From the NCBI GenBank assembly GCA_051530055.1, contig CM121342.1, forward strand, positions 12,477,480 through 12,541,479: a DNA stretch of 64,000 bases. The letters are read 5' to 3'. Of this stretch, positions 1 through 11,480 are shown one piece after another (the first letter of the stretch is position 1; the number at the start of each line of letters is the position of its first letter). The position numbers were made by a program, and so were the translations under genes. The notes beneath the pieces are model-generated. The model was given only the letters and a program-made list of their open reading frames with translations, ran no database searches and was not told where the DNA came from. This DNA comes from Neoechinorhynchus agilis (lineage: Eukaryota; Animalia; Acanthocephala).

Positions 1-358
1 TGTTTAATAGATTAGTGGAATTAATGGGTAAAAAACTAGAAGAGTTATTGTAAAAGATTGTAAGAATTGAAGAGTTGTATTTAAAATATTTACAGTTAGA
101 ATTAAGATTAGAAAAAAACCAGATTTTAGACAAGAAAAGTCTTGTTAAAAAAGAAAAAAAGGTTCCGTATCTATATTATTTCTAAAGAGAATACTATTAA
201 GCTTATTTAGCAAGATACGAAAAAAGGAAAGCCTATTTTCAGGAGGCCGGCCTCGTGCGAAAAAACAAATGGAACCCCCTAAAAAGATTTTTAAAACTTT
301 GGAGATAAAAGGAGAAGAGATGGAGAGCCTGTTTGCTCTTTTGATGAAGATAACTGTA

Positions 359-2480
359 GTTTAAAACTACCGATCAGCGACGTGTTTAACAACATTTGGA
401 AGATGCGTGGTTTTCGCAATAACGAAAATTGCGCCCGAACGGAAAACGATAGTTTCGAGTATCCGAGACCTCCAGATCCTCCTTACGACCGTGGAGGAGT
501 TGAAGCTATAGATGTGGATCAGGCACAAGCTGAAACAGGTCAGTATTTTCAGGTTCTTATATCCCGGTTTTAAGGGTCGCTTTTATGGCAAAGTTATGGA
601 TGAGGCGGGTCCGGGCATTCGCAAAGGATAGATAATAGGCATATCTCGTTTACCCAGGAAAGAGGATGATTTTGGGATTAGGGTGAGGATATAGGATATG
701 GCGGAGTTTTCCCTCGATGATCTTACTATTATCTATTATAGGGATGATCTAGCTGTTAAGAAATTGGAGGGGGTAGAAAATATCTAATTAAAATAGCCTT
801 TCTGGCGAAGTGGTCCGCCCTGCTAATCTTCATGGAAGTAGAAGGTAAAAACCTGTTTTAGTAACTGCTAAAATCAAAATATAAAATATACGGATATTTC
901 AAGAAGAGTTACAGCGATGGTGTTTAATCCACCCCTATTATGTCGGAGGAAGACTCTAAGAACTTTGAAAAGGTGTTTGGCCTCATTCCTATTAGATATT
1001 TACGCAAAAATCAGGGACATGAGACTTATGCTTTACTGGTTACAGGAACCCAAGATCGGCTTGATACAGTTCGAGGCAGGAAGTTTGGATTTATGGCATA
1101 CTGGATGAAGTCTGGTTCTTATCAGATTGAATCTATTCAGAATTTTGTGCTAAGACAATGCTCAAAGTGTTGCGAATGGAGCCATACCGGATTTCAGTGT
1201 AGAAGGGGGAGGTGATTGACATGAGTAACCTTTATTCGTAAACCTTCGAACAAAACACAAACACACCTTGGATTTTTGTTCACTAAATGAGGCTGTTTCC
1301 GAAGCAGCGAACCGCCACTTGGTGACGAATTATTTTATAAAGAACCAAGAAGGTCCCCTCCGACATTGTTCAATGGTGGAGGTCGAGGAACGAGACCTCG
1401 GACAACGGCTCTTCAATTTGCTTGAAAGCCACTAACGTTCTGAATAAGGATAATATGATCGGAATTGCTAAGGCTATGATCTATGCCCTCCCTGAGGAAT
1501 GGACGCGCATTAACCTTTTGAAACGAATTTTCCTTATTAAAAAGAGGGGAAAAAAGGTTACAGCCGGAGGAGATGTTCGCCCGATATCTATACAAAACTC
1601 ATTGGTTTCCATTTATGAAAGGGCCCTAGCCAAGTCTCTTTTACAGTTTGCCTTGGACAATGACTGCATCGATCGGAGATGCCATGGATTTCTACCTCAT
1701 AAATCTGTACATACGGCAATGACTGAAATTATAGCTAACTTTAATTTAAATCCGAAAGCAATGAATATTTTAATATCTTTTGACTTATAATCTCATCGCG
1801 AGGGTACACAATACCATGAAATCTAAAAAGTTCCTTTTCCAAGACGACACTTCCCAACAAATCTATAACCAGACGAGAGGAGTGCCGCAAGAGTCGCCGC
1901 TCTCACCCATACTTTTCTGCTTGGCCTCCCAATTCCTTATTAAGAACTGCACTGTCTGCAATGATTTGACCTTATATGCAGACGAGTTCACTGCGGTAAT
2001 CAAGGAATCGAACTGCCTAACTGCCATAAATAAATTAGCAGAGTTACTGGAATATCTTAACTCCACTCTTCCACAAATGGACTTATCACTTAACCCACAA
2101 AAAAACGCAATTTATTTTAAAATCCAGATCAGTAGAGGGGAAACGACGGGTCCACGACTTTTATAATGCATTTTTTAATCTGACATCTTCATCTATTTTT
2201 AATAAGATTTCGGTTTTGGGCTTCACACTCACTTCTAATATGTCTCCAAAGTATGACCTCAGCAAATTCAAAAGGCTCTTACGCGTTGCTAGTCTGAAAG
2301 CCAAAAGAGCTTCCAAACTCGGACTCGTCCGCACAACTGCAAAAGTATCTGGAATTCTTGGGCCATTTCAGGCCTAGTCTTCTATTCGAGAGGCAGACCT
2401 TAGCAAACTCCCTTACTCCTGGGCACACAACGACGACTGGGCTAAAAAAGCACAAAAATGGACAGCAATGATCTGAAGGC
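359..2480 (+). mobile_element. Decayed, internally deleted and chimeric non-LTR retrotransposon (divergent I/Jockey-group-like family): ORF1 fragment plus RT
   Basis: ORF1 N-terminus RPPDPPYDRGG (382-573); zinc knuckle QCSKCCEWSHTGFQC (940-1215). RT motifs RPISIQN, CHGF, ISFD, RGVPQESPLSPILF, YADE (1422-2166); thumb VLGFTLTSNMSPKYDLSKFK near 2210 matches KILGHTFTANLSPRLDLNKMK at ~40330. Frameshifts and stops throughout. Confidence 0.8.
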
Positions 2481-2519
2481 AACTACTTGATCACATGTTT
2501 CACACCATTTAACTACGAT

Positions 2520-2760
2520 CCTTACTGCCTTCTTCGAATAAATATTATTATTTCATCTACCTCAAAAATCGACGTAGTCATCTTAACAGAAACCTGACTT
2601 ACCCCTTCAACAGCAATCCTTCCCGGGTACTCTTCCATAAATACCGCGAAGACCGTCCAGGGGGGTCTCAATTTACTTCCAACAATTGCTACTATACTTT
2701 TTATGGCGTCTATCACCCTCCTGCCTCTCGTCATGAGTCCTCTTTGGCTCACTTGATTTT
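2520..2760 (+). mobile_element. Apurinic-like endonuclease fragment of an L2/CR1-like LINE (decayed)
   Basis: Reads SKIDVVILTET*LTPSTAILPGYSSINTAKTVQGG, resembling DILVITETWLSP...RSGG in the LINE at 32822-33385. Confidence 0.6.
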
Positions 2761-3321
2761 ATGATATCCACATAGACCGCTGTTGGATGTTCATTTAATT
2801 CTTCATTGCGGATACAAAGTGGGCAGCGTTCCTAATTATATATTCTTTTTTATCCTGTCCGATTGTAACTTATGCCTGCGACGATTTATTGTCGTAAATG
2901 GCACACAACAACTCCAAATCAACATCTTTGAAAAACTAATCAACTGATATATGCAATAAATAATAAGAATTTTGCGCTTTTGAAGGCAATAAAGCATTCT
3001 GCTCTCGTCCACGAGAGAGATGTATTCGAAACCCTCGACAATCTTGGTAACGCAAAGCAGTCTTTGTTAACGTCGAATATCAAAAATACCGGCCAACTCA
3101 TATCTGAAATATTGCGAAATCAACTAAAATGAAAAATTGAAGTATTCTTCGATGTGAACTTTGATTTTATCGTTATTAAATATTCACGAATCCGGTTTCT
3201 CTTTTTTGGTCACCGATAGATTAACTGTTTAGCGCGGTAAATGGACAGCATGAAAATTGTTTGCTTTGAGCTTCAATTTTTAAATCGTTGAAATCGATGA
3301 AAATAAGATATCCTCCACACA

Positions 3322-3474
3322 TGTGATAAAAGTGGTCATCCGTAATCGATCGTAAATGCGTGCATATGATCGATTACATTATCGATCGGTTTAGTACCTG
3401 TTTGCACAGTTAAACTGTCGTTAATTATTCGAACGTTATTTTTTTGTTTAATAAAACTCTCCAGGTGCAGTACA
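3322..3474 (+). repeat. 5' LTR (~153 bp, TG...CA)
   Basis: About 90% identical by eye to 7093-7244; contains aataaa. Confidence 0.9.
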
Positions 3475-6400
3475 ATTTATTAAACAAAAAAACAAGCTGA
3501 ACAACAAGAAGCAAAGACATTCATGTCAAGTACGCTCGAGACAACCATGTTTAAAGTTGCCGATAATCTATTGAAACCCGATAGATTACTCACAGTACCA
3601 AGCGATAGCAACTCTCATGAAATATTCGAACACTGTTTTACGACTTTTGAGAATTATATCGAAGATCTTGAAATTGATGACAAAAGAAAATTGATTCGTT
3701 TGATAAACTGCGTTGGATCGAGGGTGTATTCTCAAATCAAATCTTGCAAAACATATGAAGAGGCAACAAACTGTTTAAAAAAAGCATACTGCAGAATCAC
3801 AAATGTCGTTGCAGCGAGGTAACGACTAATAACTCGAAGACAGGCTGAATAAGAGTCCATAAGGGATTACGTGACCGAACTTAAATTATTAGGTAATAAT
3901 TGCCAGTTTAAGGACATAAGCAATAAGGGAGTCATTAATTGCTGGGCTATGCTCCGACAAAATGAGACAAAAGCTGCTCGAAAAAGCGAATATATCCTTA
4001 GAGGAAGCGATTCAGCAGGCATATATTATGGAACAAACTGAAGCCGATTGCCGCTATTTCAATACCAATTAATACAATTACATCGAAAAAAATGAAACCA
4101 ACCACTGCAACCGTATTCAAAACGAAATTACGGAATCACTTAACAACCATCAAACCAAAGCTCCTGAATGTCTAGCAGTCAATTACAACAAACAAACGTG
4201 TTTTTTCTGTGGGAATAGACGCCATCTCAGATCAATATGCCCTGCAAAAGATTCCAAATGTAACAAATGCTAGAAGATTGGCCATTACTCAAGAGTATGT
4301 AGGTCCATGTCAAAGATAGCCGCAATCTCGTTACAAGCAATTGAAAATAAATTATCGTCGAACTTCGCAAACAATCACAATAAATAACAAAGACAATTTT
4401 TCTGTTCGATACTGGAAGTTCTCAGAGCTTTATCGATGATCAGCTCGTAAAGCAACTAAACCTCAAAATGATATACAGACAAATGCCGGTAAGATTAGCT
4501 TCTGGCGATATAGAACGGAGCACGACCGGAATAACCCGTTCCGACATTAAATACAAAGGGATTATCTATGAAAATGTCGAACTGTATGCGCTTAAAAATG
4601 TATGCACCGATATAATTTTGGGAATATCATTTATGAATAAGTTCAAGGAAGTAAAATTCCTTTTTGATGGAGATGGATCGCTTGAATGCACGGCAATGGA
4701 TGGAGAGATGATTCCTCGTCTTTTTGCGAATCTCAATCAGGGTTGTCGACCAATAGCGGTCAAATCAAGGAATTATAGTCAACTCAATAAAGTCTTCATT
4801 AAAGAAGAAGTTAAACGTATGTTATCGGAAGGAATAATTACCCACAGTCAGTCTCCTTGGCGGGCGCAGGTATTGATTGTTCGAAGTAACGCAAGTAAGC
4901 CTCGAATGGTGATTGATTATGCATCAACAATCAACAAATATACTGAACTCGATGCATACCCTCTTCCAAAAATCGACGATCTAGCCCGAGAAGTAGCACA
5001 ATATAAATATTTTATAGGTCATCGATCTTCGACATGTATACCATCAAATACCAATCAACAGGCTGGATAGGATTTCTACAGCTTTTGAAGCGAATGGTGG
5101 TCTTTATGAATTTACCCGGATTCCATTTGGTATCACTAACGGCGTAGCGGTTTTTCAGAGAATAATGAATTCGATCATTGATAAAAACAAGCTGAAAGGT
5201 ACCTATGCATATTTGGACAATATCACAATTTGTGGATCTACAATTGAAGAGCACGATGCAAATTTAAACAATTTAAAAAAAATCGCAGAAGATCTTGGTT
5301 TGGCATTCAATGATAAAAAATACATTTTCAGGACTAATCAGATAGCAATGCTGGGATACCTAATTTCTTACCAGAGTATAAACCCGGATCCTGAAAGGAT
5401 AGAAAGTCTTTTGGCATTAAAACCACCAACAGATAAGACTAGTTTGAAACGTTGCATGGGAATATTTTCGTACTATTCCAATTGGATATCTGACTTTTCA
5501 ACCAAAATCAACCCGATCATTCGTACCACGGAATTCCCGTTGAATCAAGAATCATTAGAAGCTTTTGAATCTATCAAGCAGGAAATCGGGAATGCTGCTC
5601 TGAGCTGTCTGAATCCGACTGGACAATTAGTCTTAGAAACCGATGCTTCGGACGTTGCCATCGCTGCTGTCCTGAGTCAAAACGGAAAACCAATAGCTTT
5701 TTTCTCACGCACTCTTTCACCTGCAGAAAGAAAACATCCTGCGATTGAGAAGGAAGCTCAGGCAATTGTAGAGAGTGTACGAAAATGGAGACACTGGCTA
5801 ACTGGAAGGGCGTTTTTGATCATTACTGATCAACAATCTGTATCTTTTATGTTCAATATCAATCACAACAATAAGATTAAGAACGACAAGATCGAAAGAT
5901 GGCGTGTAGAGTTATCCTGCTACAAATTCGAGATCAAATACCGACCAGGTCGATTGAATGTCAGTGCAGATGCTTTTTCAAGATTAGATTGCCGTGCCAC
6001 TAATACGAAGGATCTAATTTATATACACAATGAATTGGCTCATCCTGGTGTGCAGCGGCTGGTCCACTTTGTGAGAACCAAGAACCTACCATATTCCTTA
6101 AATGATGTGAAACGTACTTGCGAGGAATGCTCGATCTGCTCTGAATTCAAACCTAGATTTTATAAACCGCCAGATCTGCACGTAGTAAAAGCTACCAAAC
6201 CTTTTGAGCGTTTAGTGGTTGACTTCAAGGGACCGATACCGAGTTCGACAAACAACAGATTTATATTTCTTTTGGTAGATGAGTTCTCACGGTTCCCGCT
6301 AGCGTTCCCATGTAAAGACACTTCAAGCCGGACTGTTAAGACTTGTCTACAGCAAGTATTTACTTTATTTTGGACTTCCGGAATACACTCACAGCGACAA

Positions 6401-7092
6401 TGGAAGTTGTTTTCACTCCGAAGATACTAGATCTTTCCTGTCGGACCTAGGAGTCGCGAATAGCTATTCCAGTCAGTATAATCCGCGTGGTAACGGTCAG
6501 TGTGAGAGATATGTCGGAATATTGTGGCGAAACGTCAGAATGCTACTAGCGTCAAAATCTCTGCCCCTAACAGAATGGGAAACCGTTTTACCAATGGCGC
6601 TTCATGCAATGAGGTCGTTACTGTTTACTTCTACGAATTCCACTCCTCCTGAACGATTATCCAATTTCCCTCGAAAGTCACGATGTACGAATCTCTTTCC
6701 AACTTGGCTCAGAAAAACAGGTCCAGTTTGGCATAGAAAACCGTTTTGCAATAGCAAGTATGACGACCGAATGAAGCAAGTCGATCTTCTAAACGCCAAT
6801 CATGGGTATTCTACAATCCAATTCGATGATGGGCACAAAAGTATTATATCAACTAAAGAGCTAGCCCCATATTCAAACAACGATCAAGAGTCGGAAGACG
6901 GAGAGATATCCCACTTATCACCTAACAACAATGCACCACAAGATTACGAAAAGGAAGAAACTGAGGACGAAACGTATGCTGGAACAGACAAATTATCTCT
7001 AGAGTCACCAACCGCTATTCAACAACCTCGGAGATCGTCGCGAATACGAAAACCTCCAAGATACCTGGAGGAAAATTATAAATGGGGGAGAA

Positions 7093-7244
7093 TGTGAACA
7101 AAGTGGTCATCCGTAATCGATCGTAAATGCGTGCATACGGTCGATTACATTATCGATCGGTTTAGTACCTGTTTGCACAGTTAAATTGTCGTTAATTATT
7201 CGATTGTTGGTTTTTGTTCAATAAAACTCTCCAACTGCAATACA
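7093..7244 (+). repeat. 3' LTR (~152 bp)
   Basis: Follows the polypurine tract and matches 3322-3474. Confidence 0.9.
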
Positions 7245-7636
7245 ACACGAAAAAAAATGGCTGTGACCTTTACAAAAAAAGCAGCGGAAAAATTTATTGG
7301 TTAGAATGTGACACAAGCATTGTGGAAAAATCATGTTTATGTGGGGGATGATGAGCAAAGAATTAAATTTTGCTACTAAATCTTTAAAACGACTGTTATA
7401 AGAAGATGATACTCATCAAACTTAAAACATTTTGACTCAAAAATGGCACACAAACACTGCAAATTAAATAAATAATTTTTATAAACATCAGACGAACATC
7501 TTTCAACCGTAATGACTTTGCTATACATAATCATCGACTTTTTTGGAATCCAAAGTGCGACGATTGCTCACGTGATTATCGCGCGTCAGCGGGTCATTGG
7601 AATATTTTCCTAATTTTAAACAGACAAAAAAACAGT

Positions 7637-8685
7637 TGTGGCGAGTACGCCAGAGGTCCACCAATCGATATGCACGCATGGTGCATGGTGTACAACTAGA
7701 AAACAGAGCGCGTCGGTTTTTTTTGTGTTGAACTACATTGGTGACCCCGACGCTTGTTAGCGAAGCAACAAGATATGGACAGGCATCGATTCAAGCGGTA
7801 AGCATGAAATTGCCACCTTTTTGGACCGAACAACCCCAAGTGTGGTTCGTACAAGCTGAGGCTCAATTTGCACTGAGGAGCATTACAGCAGATCGAAGGA
7901 CCGCTGCTGCCAGCATACAGAGGACCCTACAGAGTAATCGAAGCCGGTGAAAAATATTTCACGATTGATTATGGAGGACGCAACGAAACGATTGCGATAG
8001 ACAGGCTGAAACCCGCGCATTGTGACCCTTCCTTTACAGTCGAATCCGACACACCACGCAAGCGAGGTCGGCCACGGAAGAAGACTTAGCGGAGCCTCTT
8101 GGGGGGAGCTGTGTTGCGAGTACGTCAGACGTCCACCAACCGATATGCACGCATGGTGTATGGAGTACAACTAGAAAACAGAAAGCGTTGGGTTTTTGGG
8201 TTGAACTACATGGGTGACACCGACGCTTGTTAGCGAAGCAACAAGATATGGACAGTCAGGCATCGATTCAAGCGGTAAGCATGAAATTGCCACCTTTTGG
8301 ATCAAACAACCCCAAGTGTGGTTCGTACAAGCTGAGGCTCACTTTGCACTGAGGAGCATTACAGCAGATCGAAGGACCGCTGCTGCCAGCATACAGAGGA
8401 CCCTACAGAGTAATCGAAGCCGGTGAAAAATTTTTCACGATTGATTATGGAGGACGCAACGAAACGATTGCGATAGACAGGCTGAAACCCGCGCATTGTG
8501 ACCCTTCCTCTACAGTCGAATCCGACACACCACGCAAGCGAGGTCGGCCACGGAAGAAGACTTAGCGGAGCCTCTTGGGGGAAACTGTGTGGCGAGTACG
8601 TTGGAGGTCCACCAATCGATCTGCACGCATGGTGCATGGGGTAGAACTAGAAAACAGAGCGCGTTGTTTTTTGTGTTGAACTACA
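7637..8685 (+). mobile_element. Tandem-array TRIM-like non-autonomous LTR element (LTR-int-LTR-int-LTR) derived from a CsRn1-clade Gypsy
   Basis: Three ~100-bp LTRs (7637-7737, 8112-8210, 8588-8685; TGT...ACA); PBS tggtgaccccgac (tRNA-Trp type); gag N-terminus VSMKLPPFWTEQPQVWFVQAEAQF joined to integrase C-terminus PAYRGPYRV...IAIDRLKPAH; G-rich PPT; 4-bp TSD CAGT at 7633-7636 and 8686-8689. Confidence 0.9.
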
Positions 8686-10500
8686 CAGTGTCGAAAAAAC
8701 CCAGAATCGAGTTTAACAGCGCCCGCAAGTGGTCGCGACGTTTGCTGATCAGAAGATGATTTAAAAAACTGGATGCCTGAACTCTGCCAGGACGAACAAA
8801 GATAAAAGTCAAAAGAAAGGTGGTCACAAAATCAGAATTGGAGCAGAAGGAACTCGATAGGAAAAATACAGAGAAAGGGATTTTTGAGAATTTGGATGCT
8901 ATACTTCTAGAATTTAAATAGCTGATTCAACATGAACACTGGAACGCTATTGTAAACAACAGCGCTCAATCTTTGGCATACAAACATTTTCGCAATCAGC
9001 TACAAGAATCCTACAAATACGAAAATGAAAATCCTCCTAAGTGTAAACACTTTGGTTTCTTTTCCTGTGTAATATATTCACAAAAAGATGAATAATGGCA
9101 CCGCTCTATTATTGGCGCCGAAAATTCATATTCAGTTACAGTACCGGCATTTATAATGGACGAAGGTCGTACTGAAACCGCCCCACTGTCAAGTATTCAG
9201 CCGCTAAAGAATAAATTCTGCCAAATTCCAAGATTCGCATCAAAGTGCAAACTTCTGGGCATCAAACCGCTTCAAAATGAGAACGAAGAAAAGAAATGGT
9301 AAAAAGATGTCGTGAACAGTTTTCTATTAGCAGTAAACCACGGAACGCTTTTTGGTTAATTTTTAAAAGTCAACGATAAGGAAGGTTGTTGGCAACAACT
9401 TCTTAAATCGAATCTCGTGAAAGAACCCAATGAGCAACTTTCATGTTTCATTCCGTTTGAGCTTGAAATGGACATAAGAAAGAACCTGGAGAAAAGAAAT
9501 CCGTTTACCCGCGAATATATGACCGGAGAAACCGTCGAGTGTATTATCACGGCTCTTAGCTTGATTAATTCGGGATACGTTCAAGAATATTCAAAACCGG
9601 CACCCTACACAAACTTGAAAAAGAGTTACAGGACACCATTGAGAAAGACACATCAGTCGATTTGGATTTCCAAAACGGCGATCAGTGAGTCTTCACGGAA
9701 TCGATTCCGTCTTCTCCTAGACATTCCACCCGCAACCCCATATAGCGATGAAAGCCATGGCAAAACGGCGTACTTGGGCAGCAAACTCTCGCAACAAATT
9801 CTCTTACAACTCGAAAAGTCCTTTGATTACACTAATTATGGCCACGATAAAGAACTTCTCGAAAAGACAATAACTTGGAAGATTACGTGTAAAAAAACAT
9901 ACTCACGTGCATTGGGCCGCAAAGACGCTACCACACTTTTTCGGCACGAATGTAAAAATCTAACACCAGCTCCACGATAGCTCGAATCATTGGAGAATAA
10001 AAAAGAGCGACGTGGGGAACGGCAATGCAGCTTTAGATAGCGGATGGCGATTTGGAAAACACAAAAACGACAGAATTCTATTCCGTTTGTGAATTTGGCG
10101 CACATTTAAATTTTAGGCGTAATTTTTTTTAATCGAAAAAATTGATTTGTAAAAGGTAGTAATGTAATCTGCGTGTTCAAAGTCTCTAAAAAAAGAAGCG
10201 ATTTTATTCGTTTCAAAACATGGCCGAAACCGCAGCCGAAGGATCATTAAGTCTTCCACCATTTTATGGATAAGAAATGCAGCGGACTTTTTGCCGCAGC
10301 CGCAATCGTAATCAATTAATTTTTGACGGAACGAACATTGAATTATTTTTTAATGTGCCACTCAAGGAAAAATAGTTCATGAATTATCTACTGATTTCGC
10401 AATAAAACAGAAAGCGACCGTATTCTGCTCGTTCGTTTGTGATGCTTCAGTTTTTCATTATTGAAGGCGAAAAGATGTGAAGTCCAAAACGCTTTTTGCC
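8686..10500 (+). repeat. Segmental duplication copy 1 (direct repeat of ~40806-42940) carrying an extended-Tudor pseudogene
   Basis: High identity to 40806-42940; this copy has deletions near 8965 and 9390 relative to copy 2. Confidence 0.92.
8965..9980 (+). pseudogene. Extended Tudor-domain pseudogene, copy 1 (5' deleted)
   Basis: WHRSII...FIMDEGRTE...LKNKFCQIPRFASKCKLLGIKP...W*KDVVNSF; in-frame TAA at 9300-9302; internal deletion. Confidence 0.7.
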
Positions 10501-10729
10501 TGCGTGATTTCGGTTGCAGACCAGTGAGGGCTGAAAAATTACAAACTAACTGCAAAGAATTTAGTTTGTAGTAATTCAAGCTGAATGGGCAATGCTGAAT
10601 ATTATACGCATTTAAATTAATGATCGCAAAAGAAAAATCCTGCATTCTGCGTTATATTTCAGTATAAAATGGCTGGATAATTTACTTCATTATCGATGTT
10701 CCTAAGCTTAATTTTCCTGGAATTCACTT

Positions 10730-11130
10730 AGAGGCAATATTGTCGGACAAGCATATCGATAGGTGTAAGATGACTATTTTTACTATACATGGCTGAATTA
10801 TGGACACACACCGGCTGAGCCACGTATAACAACAACATTTCTTTGAACTTTTCTCTCACTTGAGAGGTTGTTCTTTTCAGCATTGTCAGCTTTCGTCTTC
10901 GTTCTTCTCCTTTCCGAGCGTCTTGAGATCGCCGCTCGTACTGTGCTTCCACCTCTTCTTGTGCATCCCTCTTCTCCTTTTCCCCTCGAGCTCGATTCTC
11001 CATGCGCTCTTCACCCAGGCGTCTTCATCTACTTGCGTCATATGCAGGTGCCATCGCATCCACCTCTTAACGATTGTCTCCTCGATCGGCTCGACATATG
11101 CTAAAATCGAAAATCTTATATTAGGCTAAA
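10730..11130 (-). mobile_element. 3' remnant of an RTE-clade LINE (ORF C-terminus plus 3' tail)
   Basis: Minus frame VEPIEETIVKRWMRWHLHMTQVDEDAWVKSAWRIELEGKRRRGMHKKRWKHSTSGDLK matches the RTE C-terminal RRLRW.GH...GKR.RGRP..RW pattern. Confidence 0.7.
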
Positions 11131-11151
11131 TTGGCGAAGTTTGTACATTTC

Positions 11152-11480
11152 GCAGTTGTGCCGAGGTGGTGAAGCGGACTAGAGCTTTTTCTAATCGCAG
11201 TTTGTTGGGTTAAAGGGTTCGAATCCGTTACTGCTGATGACGCACACTACCAAAGGGAACGAAATACCGCGATGAAGGCAAGAAACTTACTGGTGAGTCC
11301 CGACTCCCCGGGAGGTATCTGAGAATCCGGAGGGATGTTCAAAGTTATGACCGTACGGTACTGGGGCATTGAGCGCAGACCAACGCTTCCTTGACCGAAA
11401 ACAGTAGGTTTGTGTGTCCATAATTCATCCGGTCATCTTAGACTTATCGATGAAAAAGTCAACCGGCTGAGCCACGCATA
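11152..11480 (+). mobile_element. Putative tRNA-derived SINE (degenerate tRNA-like head 11152-11234)
   Basis: A-box-like gccgaggtggtgaag; B box ggttcgaatcc (11216-11226); gcagt/actgc acceptor-like ends; no canonical 7-nt anticodon loop. The 3' part (tgtgtgtccataattca...gtcatcttagacttatcgat) matches the 3' tail of the RTE remnant at 10755-10810. Confidence 0.5.

Larger units (their letters stand above)
3322..7244 (+). mobile_element. Full-length but degenerate Ty3/Gypsy LTR retrotransposon
   Basis: Paired LTRs; gag 3523-4300 with CCHC knuckles (CFFCGNRRHLRSIC); protease FLFDTGSS (~4400); RT (SPWRAQV, RMVIDY, RIPFG, YLDN); RNase H (LETDASD, TDQQ); integrase (H-C zinc finger, VDFKGP, VDEFSRF, GNGQCER); PPT atgggggagaa at 7082-7092. 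Imperfect target duplication acaca/acacg; several stops and frameshifts. Confidence 0.93.

Noticed and set aside
1-358. Lys/Glu/Leu-rich coiled-coil-like frame
   Set aside because: It contains stops, is truncated by the window edge, and has no identifiable motif.
11152-11234. Functional tRNA gene
   Set aside because: The anticodon arm has a 6-nt loop and stems are mismatched; treated as a SINE head.
11230-11270. Hammerhead ribozyme (ctgatga...gaaa); similar candidates at 23601, 26231 and 63362
   Set aside because: Stem II does not close next to GAAA in any of them.
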